A stretch of 64,000 nt of DNA, taken from the NCBI GenBank assembly GCA_965221125.1, contig CBDCRW010000004.1, positions 416,001-480,000 of the forward strand, read 5' to 3'. Below, one piece after another: positions 10,208-21,226 of this stretch (its first letter is position 1; each line of letters starts with the position of its first letter). The notes below the pieces were generated by a model. It was not told where the DNA came from. It made no database searches and saw only the letters and a list, made by a program, of their open reading frames with translations. The DNA is from Alphaproteobacteria bacterium. GTDB taxonomy: Bacteria; Pseudomonadota; Alphaproteobacteria; UBA828. The translations under genes were made by a program, and so were the position numbers.

Positions 10208-11557
10208 TCAGCGGCCGGCGACCGTCATGCCGTCGATGCGCACGGTCGGGCTGTCGACGCCGTAGCGGAAGGAGAGATCGCCGGCCGGGGTGAGGTGACG
10301 GAACATGTCCTTGAGGTTGCCGGCGACGGTGACCTCGCTCACCGGGTAGGCGATCTCGCCACCTTCGATCCAGAAGCCCGCCGCGCCCCGGCTGTAGTCG
10401 CCGGTCACCTGGTTCACGCCCATGCCGATCAGCTCGGTGACGTAGAGGCCGCTCGTCACCCCGCCGATGAGCGCGTCCCGGCTCTCGGCGCCCGGTTCCA
10501 GCCAGAGGTTGGTGCAGGCGGGCGAGGGCGGCCCGCTGGTGCCGCGCACGGCATGGCCGGTGGTGGCGAGGCCGAGCTGGCGGGCCGAGCGGCTGTCGAG
10601 CAGCCAGGTCTTGAGCGCACCGTCCGCGATGATCGCGCGCCGTTCCGTCCCAACCCCCTCGCCGTCGAAGGGGAGGGAGCGCAGGCCGCGCGCGCGCAGC
10701 GGGTCGTCCACGACGGTGATACCCGCGGCGAACACCTCGGTCTCGAGCGCGTCCTTCAGGAAGCTCGTTCCGCGCGCGATGGAGGGGCCCGAGATTGCGC
10801 CGGCGAGGTGGGAGAGCAGCCCGCCCGCAATGCGCGGATCGTAGACCACCGGCATCTGGCCCGACTGCGCCTTCTGCGCGCCCAGCCTGCGCACCGCGCG
10901 TTCGCCCGCGCGCCGGCCGACCGTCGCGGCGTCGTCCAGATCGGCCTCGTGCACCGCGCTCGACCACTCGTAGTCACGCTCCATCGCCGTGCCTTCGCCG
11001 GCGAGCGCCGCGGCGCTCACCGAGTGGCTGCCGGATTCGCTGCAGCCGGCGAAGCCGGCGCTGGTGACCAGGGTCACCTCCCGCCGCCGCCAGCCGGCGC
11101 TGGCGCCTTCGGAGTTGGTAACGCCGGCCACCGCGCGGGCGGCGTCCTCCGCCTCCAGCGCGCGGGCCATCAGGCTCTCGGCGTCCGGTTCGCTATCGTC
11201 GACGAGGTCGAGCGTGGGCCAATCCCGGGCGAGACGGGCCGGGTCGGCGAGGCCGGCATAGGGGTCCTCCGGCACGGCGCGCGCCATGGCCATCGCCTGC
11301 TCGGCGAGCGGCCCGAGAGCGGCTTGCGAAAAGTCCGTGGTCGAGACGATGGCCTGGCGCTTGCCCGCAAAGACGCGCAGGCCCAGGCTGCGCACCTCCG
11401 AGCGGACGACCTCTTCCGGCTCGCCGAGCCGGCAGCTCGCGTCGAGAGCGCTGCCGCGCAGCATCACCGCGTCGGCGGCATCGGCGCCGAGCCGTCGCGC
11501 GCCCGCGATCAGGCCGTCGAGCAGGTCGGCGGCATTATCCGCCTGGGCGTTTCCCAT
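10208..11557 (-). CDS. pmbA: TldD/PmbA family protein (PmbA/TldE)
   Basis: PFDGEG, TGHA, GVNQVTGDYSRGAAGFWIEGGEIAYPVSEVTVAGNL. Confidence 0.9.
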   Translation of the reverse strand: MGNAQADNAADLLDGLIAGARRLGADAADAVMLRGSALDASCRLGEPEEVVRSEVRSLGLRVFAGKRQAIVSTTDFSQAALGPLAEQAMAMARAVPEDPYAGLADPARLARDWPTLDLVDDSEPDAESLMARALEAEDAARAVAGVTNSEGASAGWRRREVTLVTSAGFAGCSESGSHSVSAAALAGEGTAMERDYEWSSAVHEADLDDAATVGRRAGERAVRRLGAQKAQSGQMPVVYDPRIAGGLLSHLAGAISGPSIARGTSFLKDALETEVFAAGITVVDDPLRARGLRSLPFDGEGVGTERRAIIADGALKTWLLDSRSARQLGLATTGHAVRGTSGPPSPACTNLWLEPGAESRDALIGGVTSGLYVTELIGMGVNQVTGDYSRGAAGFWIEGGEIAYPVSEVTVAGNLKDMFRHLTPAGDLSFRYGVDSPTVRIDGMTVAGR

Positions 11558-11608
11558 GGTCGGTGAGGCGCAGCCGGCGGCTCTGGCGGGGGTGGAACGC
11601 CCGGCCGC

Positions 11609-12082
11609 TCAGAAGCGGAAGAGGCCGGAGCGGATGCGCCGGTTCTTCTCGAAATACTGCTGGTGGTAGTCCTCGGCCATCCAGAAATCCGGCGCCGGCT
11701 CGATCAGCGTCGCGATGGGGTGCCCCGCCGCCACGAGCTTCGCCTTGCCGGCTTCCGCCGCCTCCTTCTGGGCTTCGGAGCCACAGAAGATGACCGAGCG
11801 GTACTGGGTGCCGATATCGGGCCCCTGGCGGTTCACCTGGGTCGGGTCATGGGCCTGCCAGAAGAGCTTCAGCAGCGTCTCGTAGCTCACCCGCTCAGGG
11901 TCGAAGACGACCCGCACCACCTCGGCGTGGCCCGTCATGCCGCTGCACACGTCGTGGTAGGTGGGCTCGGCCGTGGTGCCGCCCGCGTAGCCCACGGCGG
12001 TCTCGACGACGCCATCGACCCGGCGAAACGCGGCCTCGACGCCCCAGAAGCAGCCCGCTCCGAATATCGCCGTTTCAGTCAT
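11609..12082 (-). CDS. msrA: Peptide-methionine (S)-S-oxide reductase
   Basis: GCFWG active site, [26 protein letters not shown]. Confidence 0.96.
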   Translation of the reverse strand: MTETAIFGAGCFWGVEAAFRRVDGVVETAVGYAGGTTAEPTYHDVCSGMTGHAEVVRVVFDPERVSYETLLKLFWQAHDPTQVNRQGPDIGTQYRSVIFCGSEAQKEAAEAGKAKLVAAGHPIATLIEPAPDFWMAEDYHQQYFEKNRRIRSGLFRF

Positions 12083-12165
12083 CTCGCCCTCATACCCGTC
12101 GTCTCCTTGTGTGATAGATAGCACCTCGCGCAGACGCGGCAAACAAAAGCGGCAGGAGTCACGGC

Positions 12166-13428
12166 ATGGTGAACGGAATTGAGACAGAAGGCGACTACGA
12201 GGCCTATCGCAAGCGGGTGTTCGACTTCCTCTGGCGCGAGGTCGAGCCCAGGGCGAGCGAGATGGAGCGGACGGGCACGTTCCCGCAGGACGCGCTGTTC
12301 CCGAGGTTCCGCGAGCTCGGCCTCTTCGCCGCCGTGATCCCGGAGGAGTACGGCGGCATCGCGCTCTCGTGCGCCCAGTACCTGCCGCTGCTCGCCGAGT
12401 TCTCCAAGGTCTCCGGCGTCGTCCGGGTGCTGCTGCACGTCCACAACACGAGCGCGCGTGCGGTCGTCGCCTACGGCACGGAAGCGCAGAAGAAGGCGCT
12501 GCTGCCGGCGCTGGCCACCGGCGAGCAGTCGCTCACCTTCGCCATCACCGAGCCCAACTCCGGGAGCGGCATGGATGTCGGCACCCATGCCAGGCGCGAG
12601 GGCGACCGCTGGATCGTCAACGGAGCCAAGCACTACATCACCAATGCGGACTTCGCGACGGGCCACCTCATCTGCTGCCGCACCGGCGCGCGGGGCGACC
12701 GCCGGGGCCTCACCGCGCTGGTGGTGCCCACCGGCTCGCCCGGCTTCACCATCGAGCCCATGCCCGACATGATGGGCAACAACGGCCCGCCCCACGGCAT
12801 CCTCCGCTTCAAGGACACGCCGGTGCCGGCGGACAGCATGGTGGGCGCCGAGGGCGACGGCCTCGACGTCTTCCTCGGCGAGCTGGAGCCGAGCCGCGTC
12901 TTCGTCGCCGCCAGCTCGCTGGGCACCGCCGAGCGCGCGTTGGAGATCGCCCTTCACTTTGCCGGCGAGCGCGTCACCTTCGGCCGGCCCATCGCCGCCC
13001 GCCCGTCCGTGCAGTCCGAGCTCGCGGACATGGCGCGCGACGTCTACGCGCTCCGCCTCATCCTGGATGACGTGGCGGCGAAGATCGACCGCGAGGAGCC
13101 TTGCGCGGTGGAGGCCTCCATCGCCAAGCTGTTCGGGCTGGAGACCGTGATGCGAGTGACCGACAAGGCGATGGACGTGGTCGGCGGGCGCGCCTACTTC
13201 ACCGACTATCCCTACCCGCTGGAGCGGCTCTACCGCGAATGCCGCATCAACATGCTGGAGGAGGGCACGCCCTCGATCCAGCGTCTGGTGATTGCGCGGA
13301 GCCTGCTCAAGCAGTCGGTGCCCCTCGATATCGGCACGCTGGGCGCACCCTATCAGCCGGCGGGCACCGACCCCGCGCTCGGCGACCGTCCGCCCCACGA
13401 CCTCACCTACGCCCACGCGGAGGAGTGA
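12166..13428 (+). CDS. Acyl-CoA dehydrogenase family protein
   Basis: [21 protein letters not shown]-x-[27 protein letters not shown]. Confidence 0.9.
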   Translation: MVNGIETEGDYEAYRKRVFDFLWREVEPRASEMERTGTFPQDALFPRFRELGLFAAVIPEEYGGIALSCAQYLPLLAEFSKVSGVVRVLLHVHNTSARAVVAYGTEAQKKALLPALATGEQSLTFAITEPNSGSGMDVGTHARREGDRWIVNGAKHYITNADFATGHLICCRTGARGDRRGLTALVVPTGSPGFTIEPMPDMMGNNGPPHGILRFKDTPVPADSMVGAEGDGLDVFLGELEPSRVFVAASSLGTAERALEIALHFAGERVTFGRPIAARPSVQSELADMARDVYALRLILDDVAAKIDREEPCAVEASIAKLFGLETVMRVTDKAMDVVGGRAYFTDYPYPLERLYRECRINMLEEGTPSIQRLVIARSLLKQSVPLDIGTLGAPYQPAGTDPALGDRPPHDLTYAHAEE

Positions 13429-13452
13429 GGCGCCGCTGCGTCTTGCGCCGTG

Positions 13453-14085
13453 TCAGACGTCCGGGCCGTGCTCGGCGATCAGGCGCTCGGCCTCCGCCAG
13501 GTCGTCCTCGCGGTTGGCGTTGAAGAAGGGGTCCACGGGAGCGCAGGGGAAGGCGACCTCCACCAGCCGGTGGCTCGTGGTCCAGCGGTCGATCTTGCGC
13601 TCGCCCTGCTCGACCAGGGCCTCGCGCAAGTCGGCGCGAAGCTCCACCGGCCAGAGCCCGAAGACCGGATGTGCCCTGCCGTCCGAGGCGGCGCAGGCGA
13701 GATCGGCGCCTGCGAGGTCGCGGGCCTCTGCCATCGTCTCGACCAGGTCGCGCGGCAGGAACGGCGCATCGGTGGCGAAGCTCGCCACGAGCGGGCAGCG
13801 GGGCGCATTCTCCGCCGCCCAGTCGAGCGCGGTCAGGATGCCGGCGAGCGGCCCGGCATGGCCCTCCACCATGTCGGCCACCACCGGCAAGCCGTAAACC
13901 GCGAAGCGTTCGGGATCGCCGTTCGCGTTCAGGATCAGCGGGCCGACTTGCGGCGCCACCCGCGCGACGACCCGTGCCAGCAATGTCTCGCCCGCGAGCG
14001 GCCGCAGGCACTTGTCGCCGCCCCCCATGCGCCGCGCGAGGCCGCCTGCCAGCAGCACGCCTGCGATCTCACTCATGGCTGCCAC
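13453..14085 (-). CDS. mobA: Molybdenum cofactor guanylyltransferase
   Basis: [32 protein letters not shown]. Confidence 0.93.
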   Translation of the reverse strand: MAAMSEIAGVLLAGGLARRMGGGDKCLRPLAGETLLARVVARVAPQVGPLILNANGDPERFAVYGLPVVADMVEGHAGPLAGILTALDWAAENAPRCPLVASFATDAPFLPRDLVETMAEARDLAGADLACAASDGRAHPVFGLWPVELRADLREALVEQGERKIDRWTTSHRLVEVAFPCAPVDPFFNANREDDLAEAERLIAEHGPDV

Positions 14086-14145
14086 CTCGTCCCTGCTCCG
14101 CGAGTGTACGCGCCCGGCAGCAGTTCCGTATCGCGCGAAGGAGCC

Positions 14146-15396
14146 TCAACTCTTCTCCGTGCCTGGGCCGCCTTCGGCCCAGAGCATCGCGGCGAGGGTG
14201 GCCAATCCCGATACGGCGAAGGCGCCGACCAGGGCGTACAGGGTCCCGTCGAAGCTCTGGCCCACCACGGCTCCCAGCGGCACCGAGACGAAGGTGGACA
14301 CCGACGCGATGACCGCGGCTCCGATGCCGGCGATGTGACCGAGCGGCTGCATGGCGAGCGCGTTGAGGTTCCCGAACAGCAGGCTGACGCTCACGAACAC
14401 GCTGAGCAGATAGACCATGAAGAGCCAGAACGGCGGCAGCCCGTCGAACGCGAAGACGGCCACCGACGCGATCAGCGAGATGACCGCGATGAACGCTGCC
14501 GAGGCCTTCGAGAGCCGGCGCATGCCGTACGTCATCACGAGACGGCTGTTCACCAGGGAGCCGGCGCCGAAGGAGAGCGCGAGCACCCCGAAATAGAGCG
14601 GGAAGAGCGCGCCGGTCCCGTAGGCGCCCTGGAAGATCTGCTGGGCCGAGCCGAGATAGGCCACGAAGGGCGCGAAGACGAAGCCCGTGGCGAGCGTGTA
14701 GCCGATCGCCGGCCTGATCCTCACGATCTCGCCCACGGCCCCGCCGATGGCGCGCGGCGAGAAGGGCCTGCGCCGGGCCACGGGCAGGGTTTCCGGCTGA
14801 CGTATTCCGAACCATACGAGGACGATCGCGGCGATCACGAGGAAGGTGATGAAGATCGCGTGCCAGCCTCCCAGGAAGAGGAGGCCCTGCCCCAGCGCCG
14901 GGGCGATCGTTGGGACCAGGATGAAGACCGCCATGGCGAACGACATGAGCCGGGCCATCATGCGCCCCTCGTACTGGTCGCGCACGAGGGCGATGGAGCA
15001 GATGCGCGGCCCCGCCACGCCGATGCCCTGCAGCACGCGGCCCGCGATCATGATTTCGAACGTCGGCGCGAATATGCTGACGAAGCAGCCGATCATGAAG
15101 AGGACCAGGCCGGCGTGGATGGCGGGCTTGCGGCCGATGCGGTCGGAGAGCGGGCCGAACAGAAGCTGGCCCACGCCCATGCCGAGAAAGAGCGACATGA
15201 CGACGAGCTGCACGTCGTTGGTGCGCGCCACGCCGAGGTCTCGGCCGATGGCGGGCAACGCCGGCAGCATCGCGTCGATCGCAAGCGCGACCAGCGACAT
15301 CAGCAGGCCGACGAGGGCCACGAATTCGGCGGGGTGAAGGGCGCGCCTGCCCTCCGCCCGGCTCGTTCCGCCGTCTTGCGCCTCGTCGCGGTTCAT
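14146..15396 (-). CDS. Bcr/CflA family MFS drug-efflux transporter
   Basis: AIDAMLPALP, GPLSDRIGRKP (MFS motif A), about 12 hydrophobic segments. Confidence 0.9.
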   Translation of the reverse strand: MNRDEAQDGGTSRAEGRRALHPAEFVALVGLLMSLVALAIDAMLPALPAIGRDLGVARTNDVQLVVMSLFLGMGVGQLLFGPLSDRIGRKPAIHAGLVLFMIGCFVSIFAPTFEIMIAGRVLQGIGVAGPRICSIALVRDQYEGRMMARLMSFAMAVFILVPTIAPALGQGLLFLGGWHAIFITFLVIAAIVLVWFGIRQPETLPVARRRPFSPRAIGGAVGEIVRIRPAIGYTLATGFVFAPFVAYLGSAQQIFQGAYGTGALFPLYFGVLALSFGAGSLVNSRLVMTYGMRRLSKASAAFIAVISLIASVAVFAFDGLPPFWLFMVYLLSVFVSVSLLFGNLNALAMQPLGHIAGIGAAVIASVSTFVSVPLGAVVGQSFDGTLYALVGAFAVSGLATLAAMLWAEGGPGTEKS

Positions 15397-15563
15397 CGTT
15401 CACCTGCAACCGCACGTGGCAGCCGGAGTGCGGGCTTCAACTGTCGGCCCCTCCCATACACCGCTATTCGATCCCGCCCAAGCGATGCGGCAGGGACGGC
15501 CGCCGCTTCATTGCCAGCATGGGCCACCGTGGCATACTGAGACCGGGTCGGAGGAGACAGCCG

Positions 15564-15842
15564 ATGCAGACGGACAGTCACATACTCGACGACGTGGCGC
15601 GTGTCGCCACCGGGGCCATGGGGGCCGCGAGCGGGCTCAAGGGCGAGCTCGACGCCATGGTCAAGCGCCGGCTCGAAGGGATCCTGGCGCACATGGATCT
15701 GGTGCCGAGGGACGAGTTCGACGCGGTCAAGGAGATGGCGGCCAAGGCGCGGAGCGAGAGCGAGGCGCTAGCCGAGCGCGTCGCCCGGCTGGAGGCGCGG
15801 CTCGCGGCGGATGGCGCCGGGGAGGCAAGCGATGGACGATAG
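15564..15842 (+). CDS. Accessory factor UbiK / BMFP family protein
   Basis: MDLVPRDEFDAVKEMA followed by a C-terminal coiled coil. Confidence 0.8.
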   Translation: MQTDSHILDDVARVATGAMGAASGLKGELDAMVKRRLEGILAHMDLVPRDEFDAVKEMAAKARSESEALAERVARLEARLAADGAGEASDGR

Positions 15843-16134
15843 GACTCAAGTCGAGCTGGAGGCTGCCGCCTTCCGCACCCTGGTGGCCCACCTGCGCAAG
15901 CGCACCGACGTGCAGAACATCGAGCTGATGAACCTCGCGGGCTTCTGCCGCAACTGCCTCTCCAAGTGGTATCGCGCCGCGGCGGAAGAGAAGGGCCTCG
16001 ACATGGACCTGGAGGAGGCGCGGCAGCTCGTCTACGGCATGACCTACGCGGAATGGAAGGAGCACTTCCAGACCGAAGCCACGCCCGAGCAGAAGCGCAA
16101 GTACGCCGAGGAGGCTGCGAAGCACGGCTTCTGA
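15832..16134 (+). CDS. DUF1244 family protein
   Basis: RTDVQNIELMNLAGFCRNCLSKWY and YGMTYAEWK. Confidence 0.88.
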   Translation: MDDRTQVELEAAAFRTLVAHLRKRTDVQNIELMNLAGFCRNCLSKWYRAAAEEKGLDMDLEEARQLVYGMTYAEWKEHFQTEATPEQKRKYAEEAAKHGF

Positions 16135-16206
16135 GTTGCAAGTTCATATCCCTTGGTTGTCGGGGCGTTGAACCCCGCACCACCCCCTGAAAGAGCGAGG
16201 CCGTTC

Positions 16207-17295
16207 ATGACGAAACCTGTCGGTGTCGGGTTCCTGGGTTCGCAATTCGTGAGCGGCATCCACGCCCGCGCGCTGGTGCGCAACCCCCATGCGAAGCTGA
16301 TCGGGGTCGCGTCGCCGACGCCGGGCAATGCCGAGGCCTTCGCGGAGACCTACGGCCTGCCCCACCACTGGACCGACCATCGGCCGCTGCTGGAGCGCGA
16401 CGACATCGACATGGTGGCGATCGGCACGCCCAACGACACCCACTATCCGCTGGTGCTGGACTGCGCCGCCGCCGGCAAGCACGTCGTGCTGGAGAAGCCG
16501 ATGTGCCTGAACCTCGCCGAGGCCGACGGCATGATCGCCGCCTGCAGCGATGCCGGCGTGCTCTTCATGTATGCCGAGGAGGTGATCTTCGCGCCCAAGT
16601 ACGTGCGCATGAAGTCGCTGCTGGATTCAGGCGCGCTCGGCACGCCCACCCTCATCAAGCAGTCGGAGAAGCACGACGGCCCGCACGCGCCCCACTTCTG
16701 GGACGTGGACCGCGCCGGCGGCGGCGTGCTCGCGGACATGGGCTGCCACGGCATCGCCTTCGCCCGCTGGATGATGGACCGCACGCCCATCGTCTCGGTC
16801 TACGCCCAGCTCTCGCGCCAGGTGCACGGCGACAAGACCAGGGGCGAGGACAACGCGCTGCTCATCCTCGAGTTCGAGGGCGGCTGCCTCTTCCTCAACG
16901 AGACGAGCTGGACCAAGCCGGGCGGCATGGACGACCGGGCCGAGGTGCATGGCTCCGAAGGCGTGGCCTACGCCGACCTGCTCCACGGCAACTCGATCGA
17001 GACCTACAGCCGGAGCGGCTACGACTACGCGGTGGAGAAGGCCGGCGGCACCCAGGGCTGGAGCTTCACCATCTACGAGGAGGAGTGGAACTACGGCTTC
17101 TGGGCCGAGTTCGACCACTTCGTGGACTGCGTGCAGAACGGCACGGCGCCGCTGGTGACCGGCGAGGACGCGCGCGCCGTGCAGGAGGTGCTGTTCGCGG
17201 CATACGAATCGGCCCGCACCGGCGCCAAGGTCGCCCTCCCGTTCACGTCCGACGCGGCCAGGCCCTGGGACCTCTGGCAAGGCGGCGCAGGCTGA
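16207..17295 (+). CDS. Gfo/Idh/MocA family oxidoreductase
   Basis: N-terminal Rossmann fold, AGKHVVLEKP, GGGVLADMGCH. Confidence 0.9.
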   Translation: MTKPVGVGFLGSQFVSGIHARALVRNPHAKLIGVASPTPGNAEAFAETYGLPHHWTDHRPLLERDDIDMVAIGTPNDTHYPLVLDCAAAGKHVVLEKPMCLNLAEADGMIAACSDAGVLFMYAEEVIFAPKYVRMKSLLDSGALGTPTLIKQSEKHDGPHAPHFWDVDRAGGGVLADMGCHGIAFARWMMDRTPIVSVYAQLSRQVHGDKTRGEDNALLILEFEGGCLFLNETSWTKPGGMDDRAEVHGSEGVAYADLLHGNSIETYSRSGYDYAVEKAGGTQGWSFTIYEEEWNYGFWAEFDHFVDCVQNGTAPLVTGEDARAVQEVLFAAYESARTGAKVALPFTSDAARPWDLWQGGAG

Positions 17296-17299
17296 CGCG

Positions 17300-18028
17300 G
17301 TGCGCGTTACCGTCCTGCCGGACCGGGAAGCGCTGGATCGGCGCGCGGCGGCGCTCATCTGGGCCGCGGCAGAGTCCAGGCCCGACCTCCTGATCTGCCT
17401 CGCGAGCGGGGACACGCCGACCGGCACCTACGCGCTGCTCGCCGGTGAAGCGGAGCGTCTTGTCAGCGCGCGTTTCATCCAGCTCGACGAGTGGGCGGGC
17501 CTCGCTGCGAACGATGCGGCGAGCTGCGCCGCCTACCTGGAGCAGACGGTGCGCGGTCCCCTCGCGGTGCCGCCGGAGCGCTGGATCGGCATTCAGGGCG
17601 ACGCAAGCGATGCAGCAGCAGAGTGCCGGCGGGTGGCGGCGGCGCTCGACGAGGCCGGTCCCATCGACCTCTGTATCCTCGGGCTCGGGCTGAACGGCCA
17701 CCTGGGGCTCAACGAGCCGGCGGAGAGTTTTGCGCCCTTCTGCCACGTCGCGACGCTCAGCGCGCAATCGCGCGGGCACCCCATGCTGGCGGATACCGGC
17801 GGGGCGGTGCGCCAGGGGCTGACGCTCGGCCTCGGCGACATCCTGCGTTCGCGCCAGATCCTGCTGCTGGTCTCCGGCGCCGCCAAGCGGGTGCCGATGG
17901 CGCGGCTCGCGGAGCGCCGGGTCACGCCACAGCTGCCGGCATCCTTCCTCTGGCTGCATGGGAACGCCGTCTGCCTCTGCGATGAAAATGCCGCAGCCGG
18001 CACCGGGCTCGGCGAGGCGGACGCTTGA
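17300..18028 (+). CDS. Glucosamine/galactosamine-6-phosphate isomerase (NagB/AgaI family)
   Basis: LASGDTP, QLDEW, LGLGLNGHLGLNEP, LPASFLWLH. Confidence 0.85.
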   Translation: MRVTVLPDREALDRRAAALIWAAAESRPDLLICLASGDTPTGTYALLAGEAERLVSARFIQLDEWAGLAANDAASCAAYLEQTVRGPLAVPPERWIGIQGDASDAAAECRRVAAALDEAGPIDLCILGLGLNGHLGLNEPAESFAPFCHVATLSAQSRGHPMLADTGGAVRQGLTLGLGDILRSRQILLLVSGAAKRVPMARLAERRVTPQLPASFLWLHGNAVCLCDENAAAGTGLGEADA

Positions 18029-18936
18029 GCCGCATCGCCATCGGCGTCGATATCGGCGGCACGAAGATCGCGGTCGGCGCCATCGACGAGGTGGGCGCGG
18101 TGCACGCGCGGCGGACCATTGCAACGGATGTCGAGGCGGGCTTCAAGGCAGGGCTCGCTCGGCTCGCGCGGGCGATCGACGAAACCATGGCCGAGGCCGG
18201 CGTTGAGCCGGCCGCGCTCGCGGGCATCGGCCTCGGCTGCCCCGGCCCCTTCGACGAAGAGAGCGGGCGGATCGACAATTTCTACACGCTTCCCGGCTGG
18301 GAGGGGAACGTCATCGTGAGCCCGCTCGCCGCCCGCTTCGGCACGCCGGTGCGCCTCGTCAACGACGCCGATGCGGCGCTTCTCGGCGAGGCGCTGGCTG
18401 GCGCCGCCCGCGGCGCGCGTATCGCGGTCATGCTGACCGTCGGCACCGGCATCGGCGGCGCGGCGCTGATCGACGGCGCCATCCTGCGTGGGGCTAACGG
18501 CGAGCATCCCGAGATCGGCCATCTGATCGTCGACCCGGCCGGCCCGGCGTGCTACTGCGGAAGCCGGGGCTGCATCGAGGCGCTGGCCGCGGGGCCGGCG
18601 CTCGCGCGGGCCGGGACTAAGCACGGCTATGCGGATGCCGAAGCCGTCTTCGCCGCGGCCGCGGCCGGCGCGGAGCCCGCCAGGGCGATCGTCGCCCGCG
18701 GCGCGGATGCGATGGAGACGGGGATCTGGAGCCTCATCCACTGCTTCCTGCCCGAGGTGATCCTCATCGGCGGCGGCATGGGCGAACGGCACTTCGCGCT
18801 CTTTCGCGAGGCCGCCGAGCGCGCCATCGCGCGCGCCGTGCTGGCGCCCAAGGGGGCGATACACGTGATCAAGGCGGCGCTCGGTAACGACGCGGGCATG
18901 GTCGGCGCGGCCGCGCTGATGCTCGACGCCGCGTGA
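18025..18936 (+). CDS. ROK family sugar kinase
   Basis: GVDIGGTK, NDADAA, GTGIGG, EIGH, CYCGSRGCIE. Confidence 0.92.
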   Translation: MSRIAIGVDIGGTKIAVGAIDEVGAVHARRTIATDVEAGFKAGLARLARAIDETMAEAGVEPAALAGIGLGCPGPFDEESGRIDNFYTLPGWEGNVIVSPLAARFGTPVRLVNDADAALLGEALAGAARGARIAVMLTVGTGIGGAALIDGAILRGANGEHPEIGHLIVDPAGPACYCGSRGCIEALAAGPALARAGTKHGYADAEAVFAAAAAGAEPARAIVARGADAMETGIWSLIHCFLPEVILIGGGMGERHFALFREAAERAIARAVLAPKGAIHVIKAALGNDAGMVGAAALMLDAA

Positions 18937-18992
18937 CCGTGGCGAGGCGTCCAGGCTAGACTTTACCCTCTGAAGCAACGGGCAGGTGGGTC

Positions 18993-20639
18993 ATGGTCAC
19001 GCCGTCGACAGGCGAGGGTTCCGGCAAGCGCCGCTCATCCGCTGCCGCGCCGGATTTTGACGCGGTGGTGGTGGGCGCTGGGTTCTCCGGCCTCTACATG
19101 CTCCATCGGCTGCGCGAAGTCGGCCTCTCCGTGCGCGTGCTCGAGCGGGGCGACGGGGTCGGCGGCACCTGGTACTGGAACCGCTATCCCGGCGCGCGCT
19201 GCGACGGCGACAGCGTCGAGTATTCCTACCAGTTCTCCGATGCGCTGCAGGATGAGTGGCGCTGGACCGAGCGCAACGCCTCGCAGCCGGAGATCCTGCG
19301 CTATCTGGAGCATGTGGCGGACCGCTTCGACCTTCGCCGCGACATCAGCTTCGAGACGACCGTCACCGAAGCCGCCTTCGACAAGGCGGCGGGATGCTGG
19401 CGCATCGCGACCGACGACGGCACGCGGCTCAGCGCCACCTATTGCATCATGGCCACGGGGTGTCTCTCGGCCGTCAACCGGCCCGCCTTCGAGGGTCTCG
19501 AACGCTTCGAGGGCGCGTGGTACCACACCGGCGCCTGGCCCCATGAGCCGGTCTCCTTCGCCGGCCAGCACGTCGGCATCATCGGTACCGGCTCCTCGGC
19601 CATCCAGTCGATCCCGCTGATCGCGGCGGAGGCACAGCACCTCACCGTCTTCCAGCGTCAGCCGAACTACACCATCCCCGCTCGCAACGGGCCGCTCGAC
19701 GAGGCGGAATACGCCGCCTTCAGGGCCGACTACGGGGAGCACCGGAGGCGGGCCAAGACGACGCCGACCGGCTCCATGTGGGCCGTGAACCCGGCGACCT
19801 GCGCCGAGATGACTTCCGAGGAGCGTCGGCGCGAGATGGAGGCTCGCTGGCAGAAGGGCGGCCTCAGCTACTACGGGGTCTTCGCCGACCTCCTGGTCAA
19901 TGCCGAGGCGAACAACATCGCCACCGAATTCATCCGCAGCAAGATTCGCGCCGAGGTGAACGATCCGGAGCTTGCAGAGCTGCTCTCGCCGCACTCATAC
20001 ATGGGATGCAAGCGCATCTGCCTCGATACCGACTACTACGCCACCTTCAACCGGCCGAACGTCACGCTGGTCGATATCAGCGACGCGCCGATCGAGGAGA
20101 TCACGCGCACCGGGCTCTGCACCGGCGGCGAGGAATACGCGCTGGACACCATCGTCTTCGCCATCGGCTTCGACGCGATGACCGGGCCGCTGCTCAGGAT
20201 CGACATCCGCGGCAGGGACGGGCGGACGCTCCGGTCCAAGTGGGCCGAGGGCCCGCGCACCTATCTCGGCCTCGCGATCGAGGGCTTCCCCAACCTGTTC
20301 ACCGTCACGGGCCCGACCAGCCCCTCGGTGCTCACCAGCATGGTGCCCACCATCGAGCAGCACGTCGAATGGATATCTGACTGCATCGCCAATGCCCGCG
20401 CCTACGGACGCCCGCGCATCGAAGCGACGCGCGAGGCGGAGGATCGCTGGATGGACCACCATGAGGAAGTCGCGGCGGAGACGCTCTTCCCCTCCTGCAA
20501 CTCCTGGTACGTGGGCGCCAACGTGCCCGGCAAGCCGCGCACGGTGACGCCGTATACCGGCGGCATGCCGACCTACATGGAGAAGTGCGAGGCGGTGGTC
20601 GCCAACGGCTACGAGGGATTCGCGCTCACCGCCGGGTGA
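18993..20639 (+). CDS. Baeyer-Villiger monooxygenase (cyclohexanone/phenylacetone monooxygenase family)
   Basis: GAGFSG, GGTWYWNRYPGARCD, BVMO fingerprint FEGAWYHTGAWP, GTGSSAIQ. Confidence 0.93.
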   Translation: MVTPSTGEGSGKRRSSAAAPDFDAVVVGAGFSGLYMLHRLREVGLSVRVLERGDGVGGTWYWNRYPGARCDGDSVEYSYQFSDALQDEWRWTERNASQPEILRYLEHVADRFDLRRDISFETTVTEAAFDKAAGCWRIATDDGTRLSATYCIMATGCLSAVNRPAFEGLERFEGAWYHTGAWPHEPVSFAGQHVGIIGTGSSAIQSIPLIAAEAQHLTVFQRQPNYTIPARNGPLDEAEYAAFRADYGEHRRRAKTTPTGSMWAVNPATCAEMTSEERRREMEARWQKGGLSYYGVFADLLVNAEANNIATEFIRSKIRAEVNDPELAELLSPHSYMGCKRICLDTDYYATFNRPNVTLVDISDAPIEEITRTGLCTGGEEYALDTIVFAIGFDAMTGPLLRIDIRGRDGRTLRSKWAEGPRTYLGLAIEGFPNLFTVTGPTSPSVLTSMVPTIEQHVEWISDCIANARAYGRPRIEATREAEDRWMDHHEEVAAETLFPSCNSWYVGANVPGKPRTVTPYTGGMPTYMEKCEAVVANGYEGFALTAG

Positions 20640-20641
20640 GT

Positions 20642-20668
20642 CGCCCGCGCCTGAAAGGTCGCGGGCGC
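20642..20668. terminator. Hairpin between convergent BVMO and cupin genes
   Basis: CGCCCGCG ... CGCGGGCG inverted repeat immediately after the BVMO stop codon. Confidence 0.4.
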
Positions 20669-20700
20669 GAAAGGGGATCGATCCCGCTAGAGCAGGCGCT

Positions 20701-21141
20701 CTATTTGTCTCCGCGCCAGCCCGGCGGCTGGTCGCAGGGCTCGGTGCCCATGTCGGCGGGCACCGAAATCTCGATCAGGTCGAAGGTATCAGAAGTCGCG
20801 ACCTCGTTGTGCGGCGTGCCACCCGGGATGTAGAGCGAATCCCCTTCCTCGATGCGGATGGTCTCGGTCTCGAAGGCGAGGTCGATCCAGCCGCTCAGCA
20901 TGTAGACGAGCTGCCCCTCGCAGATGTGCGTGTGCCAGCCGGTCGGCCGCGTGAGCCCCTGCTTGGCCGAGGTGATCTGCGCGCGGATGGTCCCGCCGCT
21001 CGCTGCCGTGACGCCGAGGTCGCGGTAGGTCATGAAGTCGCGCCGTCCGGGGACGAAGGTGGGGTCGTCCTTCCTGACGAGGGTGAACGGCGGCTCCGGC
21101 GTGGCCGGGCTTGCCGCTTCTGCAGTCTGGGCCTTGGTCAT
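20701..21141 (-). CDS. Cupin domain protein
   Basis: YRDLGV, TGWHTHICEGQLVYMLSGW, IPGGTPHNE. Confidence 0.85.
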   Translation of the reverse strand: MTKAQTAEAASPATPEPPFTLVRKDDPTFVPGRRDFMTYRDLGVTAASGGTIRAQITSAKQGLTRPTGWHTHICEGQLVYMLSGWIDLAFETETIRIEEGDSLYIPGGTPHNEVATSDTFDLIEISVPADMGTEPCDQPPGWRGDK

Positions 21142-21226
21142 GAGCTTCTCTCCGCCGGGCGCGTGAGCGGGCATGGTAGGAAGCGCCGGACGGCCTGACA
21201 AGCCGGTCGCTGCCGCCCGCTGCGCG

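Noticed and set aside
20687-20704. TAGAGC-AGGC-GCTCTA as a second copy of the attB palindrome
   Set aside because: Only the 6-bp outer arms match and the GTTTCCGT inner arms are missing; too short to call.
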